NCBI GenBank assembly: GCA_023409265.1
Contig: JAEYHZ010000015.1
Span: 30,837 to 94,836 of the forward strand
Length of the DNA stretch: 64,000 nt
DNA from: Bacillota bacterium
GTDB lineage: Bacteria > Bacillota > Clostridia > Acetivibrionales > DSM-1351
Reading direction: 5' to 3'
The notes under the pieces were generated by a model. It was not told the origin of the DNA, did not search any database, and saw only the letters and a program-made list of their open reading frames with translations. A program made the position numbers and the translations under genes. Of this stretch, positions 20,726 through 32,800 are shown piece after piece; position 1 is the first letter of the stretch, and every line of letters begins with the position of its first letter.

Positions 20726-21280
20726 CTAAAGAATAATGGCTAAAAATCTAGCCTGTTTTCCGTTTAGTGCTTTCATACCATGATTTGCAGATGAATCAAA
20801 GTAAACTGAATCCCCTTCTTCAAGTACCAGTTCATGTCCGTTGATTATTATCTTTAAAGTACCTTCAATAACGTAATTAAATTCCTGACCTTTATGAGAA
20901 TTAAAATGAACAGGTGCATTCTCATCACCGGGAGAAACTGTAACAATAAATGGTTCGGCTTTCTTACCGATGAAATTATTTGCGAGACTTTGGTATCTAT
21001 AGGCCTCTCTTCTTTCAACGTTTGCACCTTTTCCTTTTCTGACTACCTGATAGGTATGAAGTCTTGGATTATCTCCTGTAAGAATAGCAGCAAGTTCAAC
21101 ATTAAACCTGTTTGCTATTTCATAAAGAAAGCTTACCGGTATATCCGTGTTTCCGCTTTCGTATTCAAGGTAAATTTCTTCTGCAATATGAAGCTCATTT
21201 GCAAGAGTTTTAACCGAAATCTCTGAAATTTCTCTCAATTCTTTAATTCGTGATGCAATAAGCTTGATCTGGTCAGACAT
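20726..21280 (-). CDS. XRE-family HTH plus cupin transcriptional regulator
   Basis: N-terminal HTH (IKELRE...YESG) and cupin [12 protein letters not shown]...GDSVYFDS..H. Confidence 0.9.
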   Translation of the reverse strand: MSDQIKLIASRIKELREISEISVKTLANELHIAEEIYLEYESGNTDIPVSFLYEIANRFNVELAAILTGDNPRLHTYQVVRKGKGANVERREAYRYQSLANNFIGKKAEPFIVTVSPGDENAPVHFNSHKGQEFNYVIEGTLKIIINGHELVLEEGDSVYFDSSANHGMKALNGKQARFLAIIL

Positions 21281-21562
21281 TTGATCACCTTCCTATATTT
21301 AAAATTGATAATATGTAAATTCATTTCTATAACATAGCATATTTTAGGAAGCGATGTATATATTGTAAGCAACCTTTTTTTTTATCAAATTTAACGTTTT
21401 CTACCCTGTTTATTCATCTAATGTATAAAATATCAAAAACCATTAAAAATAGCTTAAAAAGGTTAGAAAACAGTAAAGTGAGTATAGATATTGTCGACGC
21501 GTTATGATAGTATAAATTATAAAGTAACAAAATTTACTAAAAAATACTGGAGGCGAGACGCT

Positions 21563-22807
21563 ATGTCTATCAGTAAAAAGATAATTTTGATTGTAGTGGG
21601 ATGTATTATTGTGGTTGGAGGCGGGGTTACCGCTCATGAATTTTTAGAGTTCCCAATTTTATTGGTCGGTATCATTTCAGCTTTATTTGTTATAGGCGTC
21701 GGAATATGGTTAACCATGTCATTGACAATCCCTATAAAAGTGCTTCTTCAGGTAGTTGAAAGAACTGCAAATTTTGATTTATCCCATGACGAAACTTACA
21801 ATAGGATTAAAGGCAGAAAGGATGAAATGGGGCTGTTGGCAAAAAATCTTTCTTTAATGAGAGGTTCTTTAAGAGATATGCTCAGTCTCATGCTGGATTC
21901 TTCCAGAAATATAATGGATAATTCACAGAAGGTTGAAAAATTGTCCCAGGATTTAAGAGAGAAAACAAATAATACACTTGAGACAACAGAACGTATATCA
22001 GCTTCAATGCAGGAATCTGCTGCAACAACCCATCAAATTAATTTTGACACCCAGGAAATAATGCAAAATGTAAATCTTATTTCTCAAAACTCGGAATCAG
22101 GTGCAGCGTCTGCCAATTTAATAAGCGAGAAAGCCAGTGAGATTAAAGAAAGTGCAGCTAAATCAGCAGAAAATGCAAGTAATGTATACGATAATGTTAA
22201 GCAACAGCTTAAATCCGCTATGGATGAGGCAAAAGCCGTTTCTCAAATAGAACTGCTGGCACAGGCCATACTTCAGATAACAGAGCAGACAAATCTGCTT
22301 TCTCTGAATGCGGCTATTGAGGCAGCAAGGGCAGGAGAAGCGGGAAAGGGGTTTGCCGTTGTTGCTGATGAAATCAGGAAATTGGCAGATCAATCCTCAA
22401 AAACTGCCGCAGATATAAAGAATATTGTTAAAACAGTAAATGAATCTGTTGGTGCGCTTACAGACAGTGCCGGTGTGCTTCTTGATTTCGTGGATCAGGA
22501 CGTTCTGTCGGATTACAGAAAATTAATTGAAACAGGGGAGCAGTATTATTCGGATTCTGTAAAATTCAGCACTATGATGAATGAATTCAATGAATCATCA
22601 AAGGCTATGAATCACTCGGTTTCAAATATAGTGGATGCCCTGGAACAGGTTACTGCCAGTGTAAATGAGAGTGCTAACGGAGTTGAGACAATTACGGTTA
22701 AAACAGCCGAAGTTGCCGAACAGTTTAAAAACGTGCAGAATTCAACGCAGAATAATCTGATGTTCTCACAAAAATTAAAGGATCAGGTTACAAAGTTTAC
22801 GTTATAA
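21563..22807 (+). CDS. Methyl-accepting chemotaxis protein without an extracellular sensor domain
   Basis: Two adjacent TM helices, HAMP (DEMG), [37 protein letters not shown] 21563 behind GGAGG. Confidence 0.92.
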   Translation: MSISKKIILIVVGCIIVVGGGVTAHEFLEFPILLVGIISALFVIGVGIWLTMSLTIPIKVLLQVVERTANFDLSHDETYNRIKGRKDEMGLLAKNLSLMRGSLRDMLSLMLDSSRNIMDNSQKVEKLSQDLREKTNNTLETTERISASMQESAATTHQINFDTQEIMQNVNLISQNSESGAASANLISEKASEIKESAAKSAENASNVYDNVKQQLKSAMDEAKAVSQIELLAQAILQITEQTNLLSLNAAIEAARAGEAGKGFAVVADEIRKLADQSSKTAADIKNIVKTVNESVGALTDSAGVLLDFVDQDVLSDYRKLIETGEQYYSDSVKFSTMMNEFNESSKAMNHSVSNIVDALEQVTASVNESANGVETITVKTAEVAEQFKNVQNSTQNNLMFSQKLKDQVTKFTL

Positions 22808-22828
22808 AATTTAATGAATGGTGAAGAC

Positions 22829-22865
22829 AAAAAAAGAAGCCGGCTGCCTGCCGACTTCTTTTTTT
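22829..22865. terminator. Bidirectional terminator
   Basis: A7-gaagccggc-tgcct-gccgacttc-T7. Confidence 0.85.
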
Positions 22866-22918
22866 GGGGAAAGACTGATAAAAACCATTTAATCTATATC
22901 CAATCATGTCTTCTGTCT

Positions 22919-24334
22919 TTATTCTGATTTAATAGCTTCCAGAGCACTGAGTTTCATAGCTCTTCTGGCCGGTGAAAAACCGGAAATAAGTCCAATGAGA
23001 ATAGCAAAAGCCACTGCAAAAAGTGCAAGCCATGGAGGAATTACAGATATTTTACTGCTTTGTTGCTCCATCCCCATACCCATTGCCATTCCCATACCCA
23101 TTCCCCTGTATCCGTCGCTGTTGCCCGATCCCAGAACATTTAAACCCACTTTATTAAGTATGAAAGATGCCGTATAACTGAGAATAATGCCTACTATTCC
23201 ACCAAATAAACCAATTACACCGGCTTCAAAAAGAAACAGCTGTTTAATATTCTTGAGCTTACAACCTAAAACCTTCATAACGCCGATTTCACGGGTTCTT
23301 TCATATATTGACATTATCATTGTGTTAGTAATACCAAGAGCTGATATTAATAATGATATGGCACCAAGGCCTCCCAAGACCAGTTGTAAGGTTTGTGACT
23401 GTTGCTGCATGGACTTTCTGATGTCACGAAGACTGTTTGTACCATAACCCATTTCATCAATCTTTTCCTGAATACTGTCCACATCATCGATATCCTTTAC
23501 CTTTACCATTAACCTCTCGTAGCCTTTATCATTCTTAGAACCTGAGAAAGAAAATGCATAATTTGATTCCTGGCCTTTTACCATTGATTTGCTTGTGTCT
23601 TTCATAAGCTTTTGAAGATAGTTTATATCCATAAATATAGAATAATCATTATTATCATTACCGTTTGTTGCAGCTAGCAGACCAGTAGCCTTTAGCTTAT
23701 ATAATACAGGAGGTTTTTTTGATGCTTCATCGCCGCCTAACCCTTGCGCACGTCTTTCTCCATAGTTCATATCAAAGGTTAACTGAAGCTTTTCAGTCAT
23801 AACCTTGACAGGAGTTGATTGAGGTGCATAGGTGAGTTTTGGATTATAGAAATTCATTGGGAGATTTCCACCGATCACGATGGAATCTGTATCTCCTTCC
23901 TTTAACAAGTTACCTTCTGCAATTTTATAATCAAAGTTAGCCATCTGTTTTGCATCAATTCCAATAATAGAGCAGAAGGTCAACTTTTTTCCGCATATCA
24001 ACTTTCCATATGTCTCCAAAATGGGAGTGACACCTGCAACACCTTCCAGAGCCTTAATTTGAGCTATAGCCTTATCATCCAGAATGATTTCCTTCTGAAC
24101 AGCGGATCCGCCCCTGCCCTCAGCGGAGTTTCTGTACTTGGTAACATTTATAATATTTATACTTCCCATTTGTTTTATTTGCTGATCATAGCTTTCATTC
24201 ATGCCAAGGCCCAGTGAAACCATGACAACTATAGCGGCCGTGCCGATGACGACTCCAAGCACGGTCAGCATAGTTCTGGTTTTCCTGCGAAACAGGTTTC
24301 TTAACCCCATGATGATAATATCAAATTTCCTCAT
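22919..24334 (-). CDS. MacB/FtsX-type ABC transporter permease
   Basis: RTMLTVLGVVIG, GITNTMIMSIYERTREIGVMKVLG, PARRAMKL. Confidence 0.9.
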   Translation of the reverse strand: MRKFDIIIMGLRNLFRRKTRTMLTVLGVVIGTAAIVVMVSLGLGMNESYDQQIKQMGSINIINVTKYRNSAEGRGGSAVQKEIILDDKAIAQIKALEGVAGVTPILETYGKLICGKKLTFCSIIGIDAKQMANFDYKIAEGNLLKEGDTDSIVIGGNLPMNFYNPKLTYAPQSTPVKVMTEKLQLTFDMNYGERRAQGLGGDEASKKPPVLYKLKATGLLAATNGNDNNDYSIFMDINYLQKLMKDTSKSMVKGQESNYAFSFSGSKNDKGYERLMVKVKDIDDVDSIQEKIDEMGYGTNSLRDIRKSMQQQSQTLQLVLGGLGAISLLISALGITNTMIMSIYERTREIGVMKVLGCKLKNIKQLFLFEAGVIGLFGGIVGIILSYTASFILNKVGLNVLGSGNSDGYRGMGMGMAMGMGMEQQSSKISVIPPWLALFAVAFAILIGLISGFSPARRAMKLSALEAIKSE

Positions 24335-26717
24335 CGAACATTAATTCCTTTCTTGCCTTTATTCTTTTACGAATAACAAGAACTACGGTAGCAATAACGG
24401 CCAAAGCAACAACTCCGCCCACAATATAAGCCCATAGAGGTATTTTTAATCCTGATTTCTCAGAGGGAATCTGTCCTTCCATGCCGGGACCTTCCTGGGG
24501 AACAGGCATCTCTATGACATTGGCAGATATTTCTTTTCTAACTTCGTAAGTTTTTCCTGCGGCATCCTCATATGTAAACAGTATGCTGCCGCTAATTTTT
24601 CCTGGAGCTTCAGGAATGATTGATCCATCAAAAGAATCAGTTTTACCCGGCTCAAAATTACCGACGAAATAACTTGAACCCTCAACCTTGAATTTACCTT
24701 CCAGCTTTACCATAAGATTGTACAGAGTTGATTTACCCATATTGTAGAAACTGATGTTTACCGGCATAGGATTACCCACAAAGGCTTCGCTGGAGATGTT
24801 TAATTCACCTATTGTCAGCCTTTGAGTCTGCTGGAGGGGTATCCCTATGGTATCCTTATTTGTGTAGGCTGTACCTTTATCGTCTTCATATTCATAATTG
24901 ATACTGAGCATGTACTGTTTTGCTGCAGAATCTGGTTTCGATGAAAGAACAATTTTCTTCTGCACCCTTGACTTGGGAGAAATACCGTCAATATAAAATG
25001 AATTGGAATCAACGGTTGTGAAGGTTCCGTCATCCGAAGCAATAGAAACCTTTACATTTTGTATTTTGGCCGATTTGCTTGTATTCAATATTGACAGGTT
25101 AAGAGTAAACTCCTGACCGGCATTTAAAGTTTTAGGTTCTATAGTGTACTTGTCAATTATTAATCTAGGTACTGTTTTTCCGGATTTGTTTTCCACGTAG
25201 AATCCCACATACTGTGATACTGTCTGTTTGGCAGCAGTACCGGAAGAGGGAATATCATATTCCACATTTATTGCAACAGGGTAATTCTTTGTAACTGCAT
25301 CATCTGAAACAAACAGCTGAAATTGGACATTTTTTGTGTCCCCCTTTTTCAGTGTTGGAATAATAATAGTGTTCTGGGTTCTTGGTATGATCTCTTTATC
25401 TGCTGTAACAGATACTTTGACATTCTTTGCATCTTCGTTTCCGGTATTTACCACATCAAAAGCTACCAGACCGTTGCTGCCCGGGTAGAGTGTGGTGCCG
25501 GGCGAAACAACATTTTTTATTTCGACTATTGATTGTGCATAGATACCCTGAACAGTGATAAAGAACTCCATTTCTTCAGAACGGGCTGTACCTGATGTAT
25601 CGGTATAGTCAACCTTGATTTTAAGGTTATTTGCACCTGCTTCAATTTTTTTTGATGCAGACAGGTCAAAGGAAAAGTCTGATGTATCGTAGCCGTATAT
25701 GCTTGATTTTGTCTGTTTGCTTGCTGTGCCTACAATGCTGACACCGTCATTTTTCAAACCTGATAATGTGACCGATACATTTTTGGCTGTCAGAGCTCCT
25801 TCATTTTCAAGAGTAAAATTAAGTTTGAAATTCTCTCCTGGAATTACAGGTGAAGGATTTGTGGTTACAGTTTTTAGTATCAGCTTTGGGAGGGAATTTC
25901 CTTCCAATGTCTTAATATAACCTGTCTCACTGGTACTGTAGTAGTCATTATATGTATTGTAAAATTGTATGTTGAATTTAATCGGGTAGGTTTTAGGAGC
26001 AGCACCCGAAGTAATGTTGAAGGTAAACTTAACCTCGCTGGATTCATTTGGCTGCATTGAATCAATGGTTTGCGACAGGTTCATGGATTCAATTTCAATT
26101 GGTATGGAAGCATCTAAAACCGGAGATATTGTTACCTTTTTTGCAGCATATTGCCCTACATTTTTTACTGGCAGTGTATAGGTCATTTGATAGCCTGCTT
26201 CTCCTGAGGGTATGGAAGCATTGCCGGCAATGACAATTTTGGGTGCTTTTTTGCTGTTGTCAACCGGGGTTGATGATGACGAATCCGGTACAGCTTCAGA
26301 TATATTGATAAAATCTGTCTCGGTAAGATCCTTTTCGCTACCTTTATCATAGAAAATCGTCACATCAAGTCTTTTTGAACCTCCATTGTAAACAAAAGTA
26401 GTCATTGGGGAAGTATTGGAAGTCATTTTTATTTCTGTTTCACCACTCTTAAGACTAAATGAAGAGCCGTCAATAAAAATGGATTTTATTTTGATACCTG
26501 TGACACCGTCTGCAGGCCTAAATGTGAGAGTCATATCAAAGGAATCACCTTCATTTATAGTAGAATCCTTACTGTTGTTATTTGGGAATCTTTGTATATT
26601 ATAATTGTTCAAATATACATCCCTCGCGGCATTAACCGGCTCGGCGATAAATAAAAGATTTGATAATACAATTAAACACATTAATGCAAAAGAAAGACAT
26701 TTTTTCATAGTTTTCAT
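24321..26717 (-). CDS. Secreted, membrane-anchored COG1361/CARDB-like Ig-fold repeat protein
   Basis: Signal peptide, repeated N.G...A.NV.V beta-sandwich units, C-terminal TM helix and basic tail; lies between ABC ATPase and permease. Confidence 0.75.
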   Translation of the reverse strand: MKTMKKCLSFALMCLIVLSNLLFIAEPVNAARDVYLNNYNIQRFPNNNSKDSTINEGDSFDMTLTFRPADGVTGIKIKSIFIDGSSFSLKSGETEIKMTSNTSPMTTFVYNGGSKRLDVTIFYDKGSEKDLTETDFINISEAVPDSSSSTPVDNSKKAPKIVIAGNASIPSGEAGYQMTYTLPVKNVGQYAAKKVTISPVLDASIPIEIESMNLSQTIDSMQPNESSEVKFTFNITSGAAPKTYPIKFNIQFYNTYNDYYSTSETGYIKTLEGNSLPKLILKTVTTNPSPVIPGENFKLNFTLENEGALTAKNVSVTLSGLKNDGVSIVGTASKQTKSSIYGYDTSDFSFDLSASKKIEAGANNLKIKVDYTDTSGTARSEEMEFFITVQGIYAQSIVEIKNVVSPGTTLYPGSNGLVAFDVVNTGNEDAKNVKVSVTADKEIIPRTQNTIIIPTLKKGDTKNVQFQLFVSDDAVTKNYPVAINVEYDIPSSGTAAKQTVSQYVGFYVENKSGKTVPRLIIDKYTIEPKTLNAGQEFTLNLSILNTSKSAKIQNVKVSIASDDGTFTTVDSNSFYIDGISPKSRVQKKIVLSSKPDSAAKQYMLSINYEYEDDKGTAYTNKDTIGIPLQQTQRLTIGELNISSEAFVGNPMPVNISFYNMGKSTLYNLMVKLEGKFKVEGSSYFVGNFEPGKTDSFDGSIIPEAPGKISGSILFTYEDAAGKTYEVRKEISANVIEMPVPQEGPGMEGQIPSEKSGLKIPLWAYIVGGVVALAVIATVVLVIRKRIKARKELMFDEEI

Positions 26718-26809
26718 AAGTTTTCCTCCAGGCTACACATCGGTGTCCTTAATAATTATTTTAAATTCATATTACTTCCGTTTGTTTTCGAACCTAAGCA
26801 GTAAAATAT

Positions 26810-27511
26810 TTAAACCGGTGAAGGTGTTTTGGTCTCAATATTCTCAATATTTCCATCCAGGATATGTATGATCTTGTCGGCGTACTTGGCGATGTTTATA
26901 TCGTGGGTTACAATAATCAAGGTTTGATTGTTCTTCCTTGCGATATCCGTAATCAGGTTCATAACCTCGATGGTTGTTTTTGAATCAAGATTTCCTGTGG
27001 GCTCATCAGCAAAAACTATTTCGGGGTTTCCTATAAATGCTCTGGCAATACCTACTCTTTGCTGCTGGCCGCCGCTCATCTGGGATGGCTTTCTGTTACT
27101 GTGGGAGGTCAGACCCACGGCATTCAGCATATGCTTTGACTTTTTATCTCGGATCCTACGCGGTATACCTTTAAATGCCAGGGGGAGTCCCACATTTTCC
27201 AAGGCAGTAAGGTTGGGAAGAAGATTGTAGGATTGAAAGACAAAGCCAATATATTTTTGCCGGAACAGTACAAGCTTTTTTTCGTCCAATTTCTCAACAT
27301 GCGTATTTTTTATTATAATTTCGCCCCTGGTTGGTTTTTCAAGCCCTGCCATCAGATTCAGCAAGGTTGATTTACCTGAACCGGAGGTTCCCAACAGACA
27401 GCAGATTTCTCCCTTACCTATGGACAGATTGATATTTTCAAGAGCTATTACCTTTTCATTACCAACCCTGTACACTTTACGTATTCCCTTTACCTCAATA
27501 ACGCTTTCCAA
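26810..27511 (-). CDS. ABC transporter ATP-binding protein (LolD/MacB type)
   Basis: GTSGSGKS, MSGGQQQRV, ADEPTGNLD; TTG start at 27511 behind AAGGAG. Confidence 0.92.
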   Translation of the reverse strand: MESVIEVKGIRKVYRVGNEKVIALENINLSIGKGEICCLLGTSGSGKSTLLNLMAGLEKPTRGEIIIKNTHVEKLDEKKLVLFRQKYIGFVFQSYNLLPNLTALENVGLPLAFKGIPRRIRDKKSKHMLNAVGLTSHSNRKPSQMSGGQQQRVGIARAFIGNPEIVFADEPTGNLDSKTTIEVMNLITDIARKNNQTLIIVTHDINIAKYADKIIHILDGNIENIETKTPSPV

Positions 27512-27740
27512 TAATTCATTCTCCTTTGCTAAAATCTTCCTAACTATAATTTGACGAATCAAATTGATAAAAGTTCCCAATTTTTTTAAAGAAATAATAA
27601 AAAAACTTTTCAAAAAATGTGTTAAAATGGCGAATACTGGGTGACTATTTCACAAGAATATTATATAATATTTCTAACAGATACATTTGCCTTATTTCTT
27701 AAAAATTTCTTAATTATTACGAAAGTGAGATGGGAAATCA

Positions 27741-28790
27741 ATGGAAAAAATATACGTAACCGTTAATGATGGCATAATTGGAAGTTTTTTGGGTGAAGAT
27801 GTTTACTCCATCGGTGGAAATATGATTGTTCCCTCAGATACAATTATTACCGACTATATTGTAAAAAAACTTCTTGAGTTCAGAATAGACAAGGTATTTA
27901 TTTATAATTCCAATCCGGTTCACGGTGATGATTACCTATCTGATAAAAACATCAGTGAAGATCAAAAGAAATATATAGAAGACGTAAATATTGCTAAAAT
28001 GATGCTTCAGGACCTGGCTTCGGGGAAAGAACTGGATTTCAGCAAGGCTGAAGACATCTCGGAGCATATCTACAGTAAAATTAATGACTGCGGTGCTCTT
28101 ATGGATTGTGTAAATTCTGTGAGAATTGCTGATTCTTATACATATTCACATCTGGTTAATGTTTCCGTTTATTCTATGCTCCTTGGTAAATGGCTGGGTT
28201 TTAATAAGAAGCAGCTAAAGGATATTGTAATGGCAGGACTGCTTCATGATGTGGGGAAGTCACAGATTCCTATGGAGATATTAAATAAAAAAGGTCCATT
28301 AAGTGACTATGAATATGAAATAATGAAAAGACATACCGTTTACGGATATGAAATTGTAAAAAACAACAATGAGATAAGTGTTGATGTAAAAAGAGCTGTT
28401 ATTATGCATCATGAAAAGGAAAATGGAACAGGGTATCCTTTTGGAATTAAAGGCAGTCAGAAGAACCTTTATTCAAAGATACTTACTGTTGCAGATATAT
28501 TTGATGCCATAACCTCTGAGAGAGTTTACAGGGGGCGTCAAACACCATTTACAGCTTTTAAGGAACTGGAAAGTGTAGGCTTTGACACTGTGGATCCAAA
28601 GATAATGATGGTATTGTTCACAAATATGCCCAGCTATTATGTTGGTTCTAAAGTAAAGATGAAAAACGGAGAAATCGGCGAAGTAGTATATGTTCCCAAT
28701 CTATGTGCTTACGCCCCTGTGGTTAGAGTTAACGAAAACTTCGTAGACTTCTCTGTTGAAAGGGATCAATTAATCAAGGAATTTTTATAG
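27741..28790 (+). CDS. HD-GYP domain protein (putative c-di-GMP phosphodiesterase)
   Basis: YTYSH, LLHDVGK, HHEKENGTGYP, VADIFDAITSERVYR. Confidence 0.9.
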   Translation: MEKIYVTVNDGIIGSFLGEDVYSIGGNMIVPSDTIITDYIVKKLLEFRIDKVFIYNSNPVHGDDYLSDKNISEDQKKYIEDVNIAKMMLQDLASGKELDFSKAEDISEHIYSKINDCGALMDCVNSVRIADSYTYSHLVNVSVYSMLLGKWLGFNKKQLKDIVMAGLLHDVGKSQIPMEILNKKGPLSDYEYEIMKRHTVYGYEIVKNNNEISVDVKRAVIMHHEKENGTGYPFGIKGSQKNLYSKILTVADIFDAITSERVYRGRQTPFTAFKELESVGFDTVDPKIMMVLFTNMPSYYVGSKVKMKNGEIGEVVYVPNLCAYAPVVRVNENFVDFSVERDQLIKEFL

Positions 28791-28802
28791 TAAACCGGAT
28801 AA

Positions 28803-29690
28803 TTATTTAATCATGCCTAAAATATTAATAAATGTATTTACTGCTTTTGAAAGCATAACATTCTTCATTGTTACAATTCCGACTTCTCTTTGAGGCAGTT
28901 CTTCCCGGGTTTCTATCTGGAATAACTGCCCATTTTTAATATTTTCAAGTGCACTATCCTTCAAAACATAAGCAATTCCCGTACCTATTAAAGCAAATTC
29001 AACAAGCAGGTCAAGGCTTTCCAGCTCTATTTCCGGTGAACAGACAAGCCCATGTTTTGCAAAAAAAGCATCGATTGATTTACGTGTGGAGCTGTCAGCG
29101 GGAAGCATGACAAGAGGGTATTCATTTAATTCCTTCAACGGAATAGTTTTATTTTTCAGTTCAGAAAACTTTTGTGAGGCTACAAAGATATCACTAACTT
29201 TTATAAAAGGTGATGAGGAAAAAATTTCAGTGTTAACAGGCAGTGTTGATATAACCATGTCTACCAAACCATTTTTTAAAACGTCCAGCAGCTGGGGAGT
29301 TGTTCTGTTTACTACCTTTATGGCTATATGGGGGTAGAGGTCTCCGAATTTTTTGATATATGGCATTACAAAGTACTTACAAATTGAATCACTGACTCCT
29401 ATTCTGATTTCCCCGGATTTTAAGTCTTCCAGCTCCTGGAGCTTGGATTCTGCAGTCTTCAAAAAGTTAAAAGCCTGGGAGGCGTAGCTGAAAAGCAATT
29501 CACCTTCCGAAGTAAGCTGAATTGTTCTGGCTTTTCTGAAAAAAAGTGTTACTCCCAGTTGTTTTTCAAGCTGCTTTATTGACTGGCTGACTGCCGATTG
29601 TGTGATAAAAAGTCTTTTTGCAGCAGTAGAAAAGCTTTTATTAACAGCACAGTAATAGAATATTTTATATAATTCAAAGTTTATATCCAT
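28803..29690 (-). CDS. LysR-family transcriptional regulator
   Basis: SFSTAAKRLFITQSAVSQSIKQLEKQLG HTH; ATG 29690 behind AGGAG. Confidence 0.93.
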   Translation of the reverse strand: MDINFELYKIFYYCAVNKSFSTAAKRLFITQSAVSQSIKQLEKQLGVTLFFRKARTIQLTSEGELLFSYASQAFNFLKTAESKLQELEDLKSGEIRIGVSDSICKYFVMPYIKKFGDLYPHIAIKVVNRTTPQLLDVLKNGLVDMVISTLPVNTEIFSSSPFIKVSDIFVASQKFSELKNKTIPLKELNEYPLVMLPADSSTRKSIDAFFAKHGLVCSPEIELESLDLLVEFALIGTGIAYVLKDSALENIKNGQLFQIETREELPQREVGIVTMKNVMLSKAVNTFINILGMIK

Positions 29691-29754
29691 AAGCACTCCT
29701 AATATAACGAATTAATAATATTAATTTTACTAATATATTTTAACATATTATAAT
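29689..29754 (+). promoter_or_regulatory. Putative LysR boxes and purL promoter
   Basis: ATAA-N7-TAAT (29689-29703) and ATTA-N7-TAAT (29720-29734); the second overlaps the -35 TTTACT of TTTACT-17 bp-TATAAT. Confidence 0.55.
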
Positions 29755-29828
29755 TAGTTCAGGTACAAAAATTTATTTAAGATTAGATTATTCTTTTACT
29801 GTTCCTATAAAGAAAACGGAGGGATTTT

Positions 29829-32800
29829 ATGCGTAGTATAGTAAAAAGACTGTTTGTTGAAAAGAAAAAACCATATGATGTTGAAGCTCAGGGACTTCTG
29901 ACAGACCTTACCGAGACACTGGGAGTAAGAGCACTTGAGTCTGTTAAAATAATTAATAGATATGATATTGAGGGCATTACCGAAGATGAATATCAAATGG
30001 CCAGAAATACTATATTTTCAGAACCTCCGGTAGATTATGCCTATGATGAGGAATATATTTTGCCCGAAGGCAGTAAAGCATTTGCAGTGGAGTATCTTCC
30101 GGGCCAGTACGATCAAAGAGCCGATTCGGCTGCTCAATGTATTCAATTGCTGACACAGGGAGAAAGGCCGGAAATTAAAGCTGCAAGAGTAATTGTACTT
30201 AATGGGGCCATCTCTGATCACGACCTTGCTGCAATCAAGAAATACTATATAAACCCCGTTGAAAGCCAGGAAGCAAAAATGGAAAAGCCTGGGACTTTAA
30301 AGACCGAGGTTGAGCAACCCGATGATGTAGCTGCTATCAACGGCTTTATAAATATGGACCAGGAGCAGCTTTCAGCACTTCTGAAGGAAATGGGCTTTGC
30401 AATGTCATTAGATGATATTTTATTCTGTCAGACTTACTTTAAGGATACCGAAAGGAGAGACCCGTCAGTTACAGAAATGCGAATGATAGATACTTACTGG
30501 TCCGACCACTGCAGACATACAACCTTTCTGACCTGCATAGACAGTGTAAGGTTTCAGCAGGGAAAGTATTCCAAAATAATTGAGGACACCTTTAATGACT
30601 ATAAAGCTGCCAGAGAGGATATATATAAGGATCGCGACGACAAGGACGTATGCCTTATGGATGTAGCTCTTATGGCAATGAAAACTCTTAAAAAGCAGGG
30701 TAAGCTTGATGATCTGGATCTGTCAGATGAAATCAATGCCTGCAGTATAGTTGTTAATGCTGATATAAACGGAAAAAGTGAAGAATGGCTGGTAATGTTC
30801 AAGAATGAAACACACAACCATCCGACTGAAATTGAACCTTTCGGAGGTGCTGCTACCTGTCTTGGAGGGGCAATCAGAGATCCCTTGTCAGGAAGGGTGT
30901 ATGTATATCAGGCCATGAGGGTGACAGGGAGCGGTGACCCGAGGACAAGTCTGGAGGACACCATTTCCGGCAAGCTTCCTCAGAAAAAGATTACCACAGG
31001 AGCAGCAGCGGGCTACAGCTCCTATGGAAACCAGATAGGCCTTGCAACAGGTCAGGTGGCAGAAATATACAATGAAGGCTATGTTGCAAAGCGAATGGAA
31101 ATTGGAGCTGTATTAGGTGCTGCTCCAAGAAGAAATGTTGTACGTATGCAGCCTCAAGCTGGAGACAAAATAATACTTCTCGGAGGAAGAACAGGCAGGG
31201 ACGGCTGCGGCGGTGCTACAGGTTCGTCAAAGGCACATACTGAGGAATCCCTGGTTTCCTGCGGTGCAGAAGTACAAAAGGGTAATGCTCCTACAGAAAG
31301 AAAAATACAGCGTTTATTCAGAGACCCTGAAGTAAGTATACTAATAAAGAGATGTAACGACTTTGGTGCAGGAGGAGTATCTGTTGCAATTGGTGAGCTT
31401 GCAGATGGCCTGGAAATTAACCTTGATATGGTACCAAAGAAATATGAAGGTCTCGACGGAACTGAGCTGGCCATTTCAGAATCACAGGAAAGAATGGCTG
31501 TTGTAGTTGATGCAGCAAATGTTGATAAATTTATAAAGTATTCGGACAGGGAAAATCTTGAGGCGGTAGTTGTTGCTGAGGTGACAGCAGAGCCTAGACT
31601 CAGGATGAGCTGGAGAGGCAGACAGATAGTGAATTTAAGCCGGGAGTTTCTGAATTCCAACGGCGCCAAGCAAAGAATAGATATTGAAATCACAGCCCCA
31701 AAGGAAGAAAGCTATTTTGACAGATTTAACAATATGGAAATAAAGGATTTAACTGAAAAGTGGGTTGCCAATCTGCAAAACCTTAACAGATGCAGTCAGA
31801 AGGGGCTGGTTGAGCGTTTTGATTCCACCATCGGAGCAAACACGGTTCTCATGCCGTTCGGTGGCAGAAACCAGCTTACTCCTGCAGAGGGTATGGCTGC
31901 TAAGCTTCCATTAATGGAGGGCGATACAACTACAGGCACTTTGATGACCTATGGCTACAACCCTGAGATATCTATATGGAGTCCTTTCCACGGAGCGGTA
32001 TTTGCAGTAGTTGAATCGGTTGCAAAAATTGCAGCCATGGGGGGTGACTACAGCAAGGTGAGATTGACTTTGCAGGAGTATTTCGAAAAACCTGGCAGGG
32101 ATGCGATGCGTTGGGGTAAGCCTCTTAGCGCACTGCTGGGTGCCTACTATGCCCAGATGAAGCTTGGAACTGCTGCAATCGGAGGAAAGGACAGCATGTC
32201 GGGAAGTTTCAATGAGCTGGATGTTCCTCCGACACTAGTATCCTTTGCTGTAGATACTGTAAATGTAAATAATGTGGTTTCCAACGAGTTTAAAGCAGTT
32301 GGAAGCAAAGTTGTTTTATTAACAGTCGGCTTGGATAATAACTATCTTCCTGACTTTACTCAACTGGACAGTGTTTATAGAGTAATACACAAAATGGCTT
32401 CACAAAATAAATTATTGTCGGCAAGCTCGGTAAAAGAAGGCGGAATTGCCGAAATAATAAGTAAAATGGCCTTTGGTAATATGATAGGCTTTAAGTTTGA
32501 AAATGATATAGATGCGGCTACGCTGTTTAAACCCTTATACGGTTCATTAATAGTGGAATTGCCTGAAAGCTTTGATATATCAGCTTTTGAAGGTTTGAAT
32601 TTTATATTGCTTGGAATGACCACAGAAAATGCTGAAATTGGATTTAAGGAAACAAAAATGAAACTTGATATGCTGGTGGAAAAATGGCAGTCACCTCTTG
32701 AAAAGATATTCCCAACCAGAGTGAAGCTGCAGGAAAATACTGCTGGAGCTTACAGATATGAAACGGGAGTTCGGGTCCGGTCTTCGGTAAAGGTTGCAAA

